32,000 nucleotides of DNA, from the sequence record KX557278.1. The stretch is one strand, 5' to 3'. A program made the position numbers and the translations under genes. The stretch comes from Gordonia phage Ghobes. The notes under the pieces are model-generated. The model saw only the letters and a program-made list of their open reading frames with translations. It searched no databases and was not told the DNA's origin. Positions 18,866-26,172 of the stretch are shown piece by piece; within the stretch, counting starts at the first letter, position 1, and every line of letters starts with the position of its first letter.

Positions 18866-19995
18866 CAGAAACTCCTTCGCTGAACCTCTCGGTAGACCGC
18901 CTCGGGGTGCTCCCCAGCGACCAGGCGTCGGTTGAGCTCGTGGAAAGGCGACTCCACCTCGTAGTAGGGCAGGTTGCTCTCGGGGGTCCAACCCGAGTCG
19001 AAGTCGAAACCGGCGAACAGCTCCGACAGGTAGAACGTCAGGTGCTGCAGGTCCAGCCAGGCGGTACGCTCGACCGAGGAGTTGGTCAGGTCGCGTTCCC
19101 ACCACTGGGTGTGTGCCGTCTCCAGCAAGGCCGACAGGTTCGAGCGCGCGACGCGAGCCAGGCCGCAGACCTGCTCGGAGGTCAACGGGTTGCGCTTGTG
19201 CGGGAGGCTCGAGCTGCCTTTCTGTTCGCCGACAGCGAACACCTCGCGGTGCTCGCCCACGACGGCCGAGAGCCGGTGGTAGGTCGCGAGCTGCTCGTAG
19301 ACCCCGACCAGCTGGGCCAGGTTGAAGGCGACCTCAGCCAACCGGTGGCGGTCGGCCGTTTGAGTCGAGTCGTAGTCCAGCTCTAGGTCCAGGGACTTGG
19401 CCGCGTTCACGGCCTGCTCCAGCGACAGGAACTCGGAGAACTCCCCGACCGGACCGGACAGGTTCGCCCGCAGTCGCAGGTTCGCCAACTGGGTAAAGCT
19501 CGAGAGTAGGTCGCGTGCGGCTCGGGCGTACAGCGACTTGACCGGGACCCGCTCGTGGGTGGACACCCCGTGGGTCCGCGCGACGCGGTCGCCGGGGTCG
19601 GCGGCAACCAGCTTGCGCAAGACCTGCTGAACCGGCCGTCGCAGCTCGCTCAGCAGCAACTGCCAGGCCACCGCCTCGGCCGTGTCCTGTAGGTCCGAGC
19701 TGGTCAGGCCCAAGTAGACCTCGTGTGGTCGCTGCACCAGCGAGCGCAGGACTTCCACGTAGGCCGCTGTCTCGTGTCGGGTGACTCTCTCTACCTCCTC
19801 CCAGGCTTCTGGGGCCACCGTCACCTGGAGCAGTTCAGTGGCGGTCTCGGAGAACCCCTGGGCTCGAGCGACGGCCGACAAGACCTTGCGGTACAGCAGG
19901 TCGAGACCCTCGCGGGAGTGGAGGTTCGTTACTTTGGGTGACTGGTACTTGGGGTGCACACCGAACAGACTACCAGACACTAGGGTAGGGGACAC
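18862..19995 (-). CDS. purB: adenylosuccinate lyase-like protein (fumarase/aspartase superfamily)
   Basis: All superfamily signatures present: LTSSDLQDTAEA, ARTHGVSTHE, EQKGSSSLPHKRNPLTSEQVCGLARVARS, WWERDLTNSSVER; 377 aa; GTG start. Confidence 0.9.
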   Translation of the reverse strand: MSPTLVSGSLFGVHPKYQSPKVTNLHSREGLDLLYRKVLSAVARAQGFSETATELLQVTVAPEAWEEVERVTRHETAAYVEVLRSLVQRPHEVYLGLTSSDLQDTAEAVAWQLLLSELRRPVQQVLRKLVAADPGDRVARTHGVSTHERVPVKSLYARAARDLLSSFTQLANLRLRANLSGPVGEFSEFLSLEQAVNAAKSLDLELDYDSTQTADRHRLAEVAFNLAQLVGVYEQLATYHRLSAVVGEHREVFAVGEQKGSSSLPHKRNPLTSEQVCGLARVARSNLSALLETAHTQWWERDLTNSSVERTAWLDLQHLTFYLSELFAGFDFDSGWTPESNLPYYEVESPFHELNRRLVAGEHPEAVYREVQRRSFW

Positions 19996-20078
19996 AAGAC
20001 CAGCCTTGCCGTGTACACCGGACGTACACGACGTACACGGTGAACACCGGCTGTGAACACTCCCTCGAGGGTGCTCCG

Positions 20079-20097
20079 TCGCAGGTCAGAGGGGGTG
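20079..20097 (+). repeat. 19-bp direct repeat TCGCAGGTCAGAGGGGGTG, copy 1
   Basis: Identical copy at 20383-20401. Confidence 0.9.
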
Positions 20098-20382
20098 AGA
20101 GGGTCTTCTGTGAACACTGTGAACGTTCACGCCGGGGCGAGAGAGGTCGGGAGCGCGTGTGTGCGTAGGTGCGCTCGTACGTGCTCGTACGCGCTCGCTT
20201 ACGCTCGTGCGAGTGCGCGTGTTTACTCTCTCTCTTCTCTCTTCTTCTGTTAACTGTAAACGTTAAGGGTTTTTGTTAACAGCGCGAGCGCTCGCGCACG
20301 CTCGCGCGAGTACGCGTACGCGCACGCGTTCCGGTGTGTGTCGGGTTCGAGAGGTGTTCACAACGTTCACAGAGGTCTTTCT

Positions 20383-20401
20383 TCGCAGGTCAGAGGGGGT
20401 G
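20383..20401 (+). repeat. 19-bp direct repeat TCGCAGGTCAGAGGGGGTG, copy 2
   Basis: Identical copy at 20079-20097. Confidence 0.9.
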
Positions 20402-20528
20402 CCAGGGGGGGTTCACGGCTGTTGACACTGGGTGTTCACTGTGAACACTGGCCAAGCCGGGGCTGGTCCCCGCAGCTACGCTAGGGTAGACTGAGAGACG
20501 CTAGAGTCACTACTACGAAGGAGGACAG

Positions 20529-20795
20529 GTGGAGGTCACCTGGACGGAGAAGAACCCGACCCCGCGAGCGCGCTCGGCCGAAGAGGTCTCGGCTTTGCTG
20601 CAGGAACTGGAGGCTCACCCAGGGGAGTGGGCGGTCTACTCGGAACACAAGACCCGAGGAGCCGCCCGCCAGCGAGTGCACGCGCTGAAGTCCAGCCGCG
20701 TGTACGAGGGCAAGCCGCTGGAGTGGAGCACGAAACGAACCGAACCCGGCAACGTGCTGGCACCGGTCCAGGTCCTGGTCCGCTGGGTCAAGTGA
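20529..20795 (+). CDS. hypothetical protein
   Basis: GTG with GGAGG RBS; first gene of rightward block; 88 aa. Confidence 0.65.
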   Translation: MEVTWTEKNPTPRARSAEEVSALLQELEAHPGEWAVYSEHKTRGAARQRVHALKSSRVYEGKPLEWSTKRTEPGNVLAPVQVLVRWVK

Positions 20796-20824
20796 ACTGA
20801 CTGCCCTAGGAAGAGAGTCAGCCA

Positions 20825-21082
20825 GTGCAAAGAGTGAACCGAGCCGGTGGACCCACGAGTCCCGGTAGTTTCCCCGTGGTCGACGTGCTGTACGAGGAGG
20901 GGGTCGGAGGGCTACGCCTGCTCGAGCCCGAGCAGCTGTTCCTGCGGCAGGACGGCAAGTTGCTGTTCTTCTACCCGACCAGCCCGGACGTGCCGGACCA
21001 GGAGTGGGCGGTAAACGTCGACCGAGTCGTGACGCTGCGGTTCTGCTGGACCTGCGTCCTGGAAGAGAGCGACTTCTCGTGA
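20825..21082 (+). CDS. hypothetical protein
   Basis: GTG start; overlaps the polymerase start by 4 nt; 85 aa. Confidence 0.65.
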   Translation: MQRVNRAGGPTSPGSFPVVDVLYEEGVGGLRLLEPEQLFLRQDGKLLFFYPTSPDVPDQEWAVNVDRVVTLRFCWTCVLEESDFS

Positions 21083-23004
21083 CTGAAGTGAGAGACCTGA
21101 GCGACCTGCCGCCCAGCCAGGCTCTGCCCGAGCCGAGCTCGGTGACCGACCTGGTGGACTTCGACACCGAGACCTCGGGCCTGCACTGCGACGACGGAGC
21201 ACGTGTCTCGGTAGTCTCGCTGGCCTGGCGTGGACACGACGACGTGCTGTACGCAGGAGCGTGGCCCTTCGGGCAGGGAGGTCACCCGAAGGCCAGCGAC
21301 GGCCTAGAGCGCGTGTTCGACCTGGGTCAGGCCGAGTGGAACTTCCTGCTGGACTGGCTCGCTCACGCAGGTGGCGGGCTGTGTGGACACAACGTGGCGT
21401 TCGACCTGCAGCTGGTCAACGGTGGGGCGAAACCGGGCTACGCGGGACGCAACCTCACCCCGCGCTTCCGCTGGGACACCCAGGTGGTGGCGAAGGAGCT
21501 GTGGCCCAGGTACAAGACCGGGCTTAAGCCGCTGGCGGTGCGCTTCTTCGCCGAGGACGCGGACGCGGAGCAAAAAGCTCTGGGACCCTGGCTCGGACCG
21601 AAGACCAACCCGCGTTACGACCTGGTCCCCTGGGAGGTGATGCGACCTTACGCGCTGGCGGACGCGGTCTACACGAACCGGCTCCGACACCTGGAGGCGG
21701 ACTTGGTCGAGGAAGGTTACCTGGGCACCAAACACGTCGGGCGGCAGCTGGAGGTGACCCGCGCGTTGGTGCGGATGCAGCTGGCCGGACTGCCCTACCA
21801 CGTGGAGGGTTCGAGGGAGGCTGCGGCCGAGCTCGAGGAGCGCATGCGGGTGCTGGCTGAGGGTTTCCCGTTCAAGCCGACTCCCCAGGGAGCCAAGAAG
21901 TACTACTTCACGGAGGAAGGTCTGAACCTCAAGCCCTACGCGCGGACCGAGAAAGGCGCTCCGCAGTTGACTCAGGAAGACGTGGAGAAGCTGGTGCGTG
22001 CCGAGCGACCGCACGCCAAGCAGCTGCAGGAGTACAACCGGTACAAGTCGGCCGTCTCCAAGTGGTACCGGCCGTTCGCCGACCGTGCCGGCAAAGACGG
22101 CCGGGTTCGCTCGCAGCTGCGCCAGGTTGCCACCAGCTACGACACCGACGCGGGAACCAAGTCGGGACGCTTCTCGGCCGGGCGGATCAACCTGCAGGCG
22201 GTGCCGAAGGACTTCAAACTGCACCTGCCGGTGCCGACTCCTCGGAACCTGGTCACGCGGGCGGTGCGCGAGAGCGCTCCGGGCTGGGACCTGTGGGACC
22301 TGGACCTGGCGCAGGCCGAGCTGCGGGTGGCCGCGCTCTACGCGGGTTGCAAGCCGCTGCTGGAGGTCCTGAACGACGGCCGCGACCCACACGGCGAGAC
22401 TGCCGCCCAGTTGTTCGGAACACCGCCCGGACACCCGGACTACGACTTCAACCGGCAGGTCGCCAAACGCGGCAACTTCAGCCTGATCTTCGGTTCCGGA
22501 GTGGACACGTTCCGGGCGATGGTGCAGCGCGAGGCCGGGGTGGACCTGGGTCGCCAACGCACCGAGGAGGTGGTGTACGGCTGGCGGGACCTGTACCCCG
22601 AGTTCGGCGAGGCGATCCGGGCACAGCAGGAGTTCTGTGACGAGTTCGGCTACGTGCAGTTGCCCAACGGCCGACGTCGCTACTACGAGAAGTACGAGGA
22701 CACGCACTCGAGCTTCAACCAGCTGGTGCAGGCGAGCCTGGCCGAGTACGCCAAAGACTGGTTGGTCGACACCGACCAGCTACTGCTGCCCTACCGGCGA
22801 CGTGGCGTCGAGGCCGGGGTCGGGCTCGCCGGTCTGTTGCTGGTGGTGCACGACTCCCAGCTGCTGTTGCTGCCCTCGGACGAGGCCGAAGAGGTGGTGC
22901 ACGAGGTCCAGGAGCGAGCGGTCAAGCTCTGGGACAACACGTTCCCCGGAGTGCCGGGAGGCGTCGACGCGACCCGTTGGGTCCTACCTGAGGAGAAAAG
23001 CTAG
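21079..23004 (+). CDS. family A DNA polymerase with 3'-5' exonuclease domain (DpoZ-like candidate)
   Basis: Exo I DFDTETSGL; motif A DLDLAQAELRVAAL; motif B RQVAKRGNFSLIFGSG; motif C VVHDSQLLL; GTG at 21079. Confidence 0.9.
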   Translation: MTEVRDLSDLPPSQALPEPSSVTDLVDFDTETSGLHCDDGARVSVVSLAWRGHDDVLYAGAWPFGQGGHPKASDGLERVFDLGQAEWNFLLDWLAHAGGGLCGHNVAFDLQLVNGGAKPGYAGRNLTPRFRWDTQVVAKELWPRYKTGLKPLAVRFFAEDADAEQKALGPWLGPKTNPRYDLVPWEVMRPYALADAVYTNRLRHLEADLVEEGYLGTKHVGRQLEVTRALVRMQLAGLPYHVEGSREAAAELEERMRVLAEGFPFKPTPQGAKKYYFTEEGLNLKPYARTEKGAPQLTQEDVEKLVRAERPHAKQLQEYNRYKSAVSKWYRPFADRAGKDGRVRSQLRQVATSYDTDAGTKSGRFSAGRINLQAVPKDFKLHLPVPTPRNLVTRAVRESAPGWDLWDLDLAQAELRVAALYAGCKPLLEVLNDGRDPHGETAAQLFGTPPGHPDYDFNRQVAKRGNFSLIFGSGVDTFRAMVQREAGVDLGRQRTEEVVYGWRDLYPEFGEAIRAQQEFCDEFGYVQLPNGRRRYYEKYEDTHSSFNQLVQASLAEYAKDWLVDTDQLLLPYRRRGVEAGVGLAGLLLVVHDSQLLLLPSDEAEEVVHEVQERAVKLWDNTFPGVPGGVDATRWVLPEEKS

Positions 23005-23294
23005 TGGCCGGAGAGTGGTGGTGTTTGGACCGGGCGCGTTGGAACGCGCAAGTGACGGTCTCGACCGACACCCTGGGAGTGGAAGTTCACCCCTGGGGAC
23101 GCGACGAGGTCCGAGCCTCGACGGTCTTGGTCTCGGTCGAGCTGGACTTCGGCGAGACCGGCAAGTCGCTGGAGGTGTTGGAGTGCTACCAGGCGGAAGT
23201 TTCGGCTGACCGGCTTTACGTAAAGCCGAAACGCAGACCGCTGTTGCTGTGCTGGGAAGGTGCAGCCGACCCGACTAAGGAGAAGAGCAAGTGA
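23004..23294 (+). CDS. hypothetical protein
   Basis: GTG overlapping polymerase stop; 96 aa. Confidence 0.6.
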   Translation: MAGEWWCLDRARWNAQVTVSTDTLGVEVHPWGRDEVRASTVLVSVELDFGETGKSLEVLECYQAEVSADRLYVKPKRRPLLLCWEGAADPTKEKSK

Positions 23295-24070
23295 GAACCC
23301 GAGTACTGTTGCTGCGTGGGACCGGCGAGTCCCAGGCCCACCCCGAACGTAACCTGTTGTGGGCAGTGGTGAGGCAACTGCCCGAGTCCTGGTCACGCGA
23401 AGAGGTGACCTACCCGGCCTCGATCAGCTTCGCCAACCAGAACCGGAACCTGTTCGGGGTCTCCGGCGACCGGTCGGTTCTGTTGGGGGTCGAGCAGCTG
23501 CGGGCTACCTTGCGCAACGCGCACCCGGACGACCGGTTCGTGGTCCTGGGCTACAGCCTGGGCGCGCTGGTGGGGACCAAGTTCCTGGAGTCGCTGGAGC
23601 CGGTGTTGCGTTCAAAGGTGCTGGCAGCCGGGTTTGTCGCGAACCCGCTTCGACCGAAGGGGTTGTCGGCCGGTCGCGGCGACGTCGGCGGTTTCGGCCT
23701 GGTCGACTCGGTCGAGTTGCCCTGGCTCGAGCGACGTTGGGAGCTCGCGCGGCCGGACGACGTGGTCACTGCCGCTCGCGCGGACTCGCTGTTCCGACCC
23801 TGGGCCGAGGAGGTCCTGGCCTTCTCGGTCGCCGACCCCGCACCAGCGGTCCAAAAGTTCTTCTGGGACACGCTGCTGGGCAAGAACCAGCTACCGGTCG
23901 CCGCCCTGTTCGACGGCCGGTTCGAGCAGGCTGCGAAGGACGCACGCGGGTACCTGTCGACCGCGCACACGCTGGGTTACGGTCTGCGACAGTGGAACTA
24001 CTGGGGCTTGCAACTCTCGGCGACCGACTGGTTGGCAAAGAAGCTCCGGCAGACGCTCTTCGCGTACTGA
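23291..24070 (+). CDS. lysB: alpha/beta hydrolase, lysin B/cutinase-like
   Basis: RGTGES, VVLGYSLGALVG nucleophile elbow, C-terminal TAHTLGYG; 259 aa. Confidence 0.7.
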   Translation: MRTRVLLLRGTGESQAHPERNLLWAVVRQLPESWSREEVTYPASISFANQNRNLFGVSGDRSVLLGVEQLRATLRNAHPDDRFVVLGYSLGALVGTKFLESLEPVLRSKVLAAGFVANPLRPKGLSAGRGDVGGFGLVDSVELPWLERRWELARPDDVVTAARADSLFRPWAEEVLAFSVADPAPAVQKFFWDTLLGKNQLPVAALFDGRFEQAAKDARGYLSTAHTLGYGLRQWNYWGLQLSATDWLAKKLRQTLFAY

Positions 24071-24083
24071 CCGCGAGGGGTGA

Positions 24084-24117
24084 GGAGGCCCAGGCTGAGG
24101 GGTTGGCCTGGGCCTCC
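24084..24117. terminator. intrinsic terminator-like hairpin
   Basis: Perfect 12-bp inverted repeat GGAGGCCCAGGC / GCCTGGGCCTCC right after the LysB-like stop. Confidence 0.7.
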
Positions 24118-24158
24118 GCTGTGTGAGCCACTTCACACGAAACGGAACTTTGCGAAGT

Positions 24159-24190
24159 ACTTGTGGTAACGCGTAGTAACGTGGTAAACT
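24159..24190 (+). promoter_or_regulatory. putative promoter, ACTTGTG-N16-TGGTAAACT
   Basis: Same boxes and spacing as three other sites; 40 bp upstream of ATG at 24231. Confidence 0.75.
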
Positions 24191-24230
24191 TGTTTTACAA
24201 GCAAGGGAAACAACCAGCAAGGAGAACACC

Positions 24231-24470
24231 ATGGACGCCAAGACCACCGCCCAGGCCGTCGCCCTCATCGAGACCGGCTTCCAGCTCATGGTCGCCAACC
24301 GGGCTCTGCCGCAGGCCGAGCGTTACGGCGACACCTTCACCGCCCTGCAGAAGCAGGCCGCTAAGGTCCGTCGCTTCGAGCGCAAGCACGACGTGGTCCT
24401 CCCGGCCTGGGGCCAGTTCACCGCCCTGGAGCAGGTCGCTCCGGCCGTCACCGCGCGAGTCGCGAAGTGA
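24231..24470 (+). CDS. hypothetical small protein
   Basis: ATG with AAGGAG RBS; downstream of promoter motif; 79 aa. Confidence 0.75.
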   Translation: MDAKTTAQAVALIETGFQLMVANRALPQAERYGDTFTALQKQAAKVRRFERKHDVVLPAWGQFTALEQVAPAVTARVAK

Positions 24471-24613
24471 GCGTCGAAGCAGTGGTGGTTCTGCTCTCGG
24501 TCGGCTTCCTGGCCTTCCTGCTGGTCCTGGGCCTGCTGGCCCAGTGGGCCGAGAGTCCGTACAGCTCGTGCCCGACCTGGGTGCGCCAACTAGTTAGGTG
24601 GTTCGAGTCGTGA
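24467..24613 (+). CDS. single-pass membrane protein (48 aa)
   Basis: GTG overlapping previous stop; VSVEAVVVLLSVGFLAFLLVLGLLAQWAESPYSSCPTWVRQLVRWFES. Confidence 0.5.
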   Translation: MSVEAVVVLLSVGFLAFLLVLGLLAQWAESPYSSCPTWVRQLVRWFES

Positions 24614-24783
24614 GTCGACAGTACGCCAGGTTCGACCTGGTCCACCCCGAGTCCGACGAGCCGGTCGAGGTAGAGTGCGAGTGGTTCGCCCGCTGCACCA
24701 ACCCGACCCGCGAGGCGGTGGAACACCCGGTTCTGGGACCGGTGCCCTGCTGCCAGCGCTGCCAGCGGTTGCTGGAGTTGTAG
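24610..24783 (+). CDS. small Cys-containing protein
   Basis: GTG at 24610 overlapping the previous stop; CxxC motif CCQRC; 57 aa. Confidence 0.55.
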   Translation: MSRQYARFDLVHPESDEPVEVECEWFARCTNPTREAVEHPVLGPVPCCQRCQRLLEL

Positions 24784-24922
24784 TGCTTCTGGTGCTGCAG
24801 CGCGGAAACACGCTGCTGGAGACCAGGCTCTGGGTCCTGACCCCCGGAAAGGTCCAGGTCCTGGTCCTCTCGCCGCTTCCGTTCCCAGACGGACGGCACC
24901 ACGTACTGGTTTGCCGGTTCAC

Positions 24923-24954
24923 ACTTGCGTGAAAAGGTAGGGTACTGGTAAACT
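24923..24954 (+). promoter_or_regulatory. putative promoter, ACTTGCG-N16-TGGTAAACT
   Basis: Spaced motif upstream of GTG at 24983. Confidence 0.75.
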
Positions 24955-24982
24955 AAAGTTAAGCGCAACGGAGGGAGTCACA

Positions 24983-25201
24983 GTGAACACGAACAAGGTC
25001 GAGACGGTCGCACCGCAGCTGGTCAGCGAAGGCGACGTCCTGGTTTGGGGTGAAGAGCTCCGCGTGGTCACCGAGGTTCTCTGGTTCGAGGTCGCGCGGG
25101 TCGGCCGAGTTTACCGCTTCTGGTGCACCGACCTGGCGGGCAACCCGGTCGAGCGGGTCGACGTCCGGGCTCGGGGCCAGGTCGAGGTCGTTTTCGCTTA
25201 G
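24983..25201 (+). CDS. hypothetical protein
   Basis: GTG with GGAGG RBS downstream of promoter motif; 72 aa. Confidence 0.65.
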   Translation: MNTNKVETVAPQLVSEGDVLVWGEELRVVTEVLWFEVARVGRVYRFWCTDLAGNPVERVDVRARGQVEVVFA

Positions 25202-25237
25202 GACTTGAGGTCCCCTGGCAACTCGCCCGCACCGAAA

Positions 25238-25269
25238 ACTTGTGCAAACCAGGGTTAACCTGGTAAACT
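25238..25269 (+). promoter_or_regulatory. putative promoter, ACTTGTG-N16-TGGTAAACT
   Basis: Spaced motif upstream of ATG at 25308. Confidence 0.75.
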
Positions 25270-25307
25270 TTCAGTTAGAGCAAGAAACCAACACCCAAGG
25301 AGACACC

Positions 25308-26030
25308 ATGAACGCCAACACCACCACCACCCCGGCCGTCGAGCTCACCGAGCTGCAGAAGCTCGCCCTGGAGCTGCTGGCCTACAACAAGCCGCTGCCG
25401 GCAAAGGTCACCAAGCGGACCCTGAACTCGCTGGTCAACAAGGGCTGGGCCACCGTGGACGAGGCCGGTCTCTACTGGGTTACCGCAGCCGGACGCGAGG
25501 CCGTGGGCGTGACGGCCGAGCAGGCCGAGAAGCCGAAGAAGGCCAGCAAGGCCAAGCGTTGCGAGGACTGCGACGTGCTGCTCACCAGCCGCACCCGGAC
25601 CTCCGGAACCCTGCCCGAGTACACCCTGTGCAGCTACTGCGACGAGGCCGCAGGCTTCGAGAACTCGCACCAGGACGGAAACTCGGAGCTGGGCGACCAC
25701 GCGGTCGGTTGCCGCGAGTGCGGCACCTACGACGCCTGCACCTACTGGGACGAGTTCACCCCCGCGAAGAAGGGCAAGACCCCCAAGAACTGCGTCTGCG
25801 GTTGCGAGCAGCTGACCCGTGGTGGCAACTACCTGCCCGGACACGACGCTCGTCACGCGGGACACCTCGCTCGCCGCGTGGTCGAGGGACGCGAGACCCT
25901 GGAGCAGGCCCTGGAGCAGCTCCCCTGGGGAGCCGACAAGCTCGAGGCCAAGGTGCGCAAGTCGGTCGAGCTGGGTCTGGCCAAGGCCCAGGCCAAGGCC
26001 GAGAAGAAGGCCGCGAAGCAGGCCAAGTAA
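25308..26030 (+). CDS. hypothetical Cys-rich, Lys/Ala-tailed protein
   Basis: ATG with AAGGAG RBS; several CxxC pairs (CEDC, CSYC, CREC, CVCGC); the track start at 25242 lies inside the promoter motif. Confidence 0.75.
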   Translation: MNANTTTTPAVELTELQKLALELLAYNKPLPAKVTKRTLNSLVNKGWATVDEAGLYWVTAAGREAVGVTAEQAEKPKKASKAKRCEDCDVLLTSRTRTSGTLPEYTLCSYCDEAAGFENSHQDGNSELGDHAVGCRECGTYDACTYWDEFTPAKKGKTPKNCVCGCEQLTRGGNYLPGHDARHAGHLARRVVEGRETLEQALEQLPWGADKLEAKVRKSVELGLAKAQAKAEKKAAKQAK

Positions 26031-26037
26031 GACCCCC

Positions 26038-26062
26038 GGAGGGGAGCCCAGAGCTCCCCTCC
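26038..26062. terminator. terminator-like hairpin
   Basis: Perfect 10-bp inverted repeat GGAGGGGAGC / GCTCCCCTCC, 7 nt after the stop codon. Confidence 0.65.
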
Positions 26063-26065
26063 TAA

Positions 26066-26134
26066 GGTCCCGTAGTAGTAAAGGGCAAACACGCGCAGAC
26101 GTGCGAGACTCCGGTTCGAGTCCGGACGGGACCA
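26066..26134 (+). tRNA. tRNA-like element (anticodon unresolved, possibly degenerate)
   Basis: 7/7 acceptor stem GGTCCCG/CGGGACC; 5/5 T stem TCCGG-TTCGAGT-CCGGA; but short (69 nt) with weak D and anticodon arms. Confidence 0.45.
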
Positions 26135-26172
26135 CGGCAACCCACCCACCCACTCCCCGCTAGGAGAAGCCA

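Larger units (their letters stand above)
20040..20448. other. candidate origin of replication: GTTCAC/GTGAAC iteron-like repeats flanking an AT-rich core
   Basis: Roughly ten GTGAAC/GTTCAC cores (e.g. 20040, 20053, 20110, 20119, 20354, 20365, 20411, 20432, 20441), 17-bp palindrome GTGTTCACTGTGAACAC, pyrimidine tract, two GTTAAC boxes, and location at transcriptional divergence. Confidence 0.6.

Noticed and set aside
19996-20528. Repeats considered as a CRISPR array
   Set aside because: Short, variably spaced repeats in both orientations with no constant repeat-spacer periodicity; origin/iteron explanation fits better.
21304-22707. 467-aa reverse-strand ORF opposite the DNA polymerase
   Set aside because: Complementary shadow ORF in high-GC DNA; the sense frame has all polymerase motifs.
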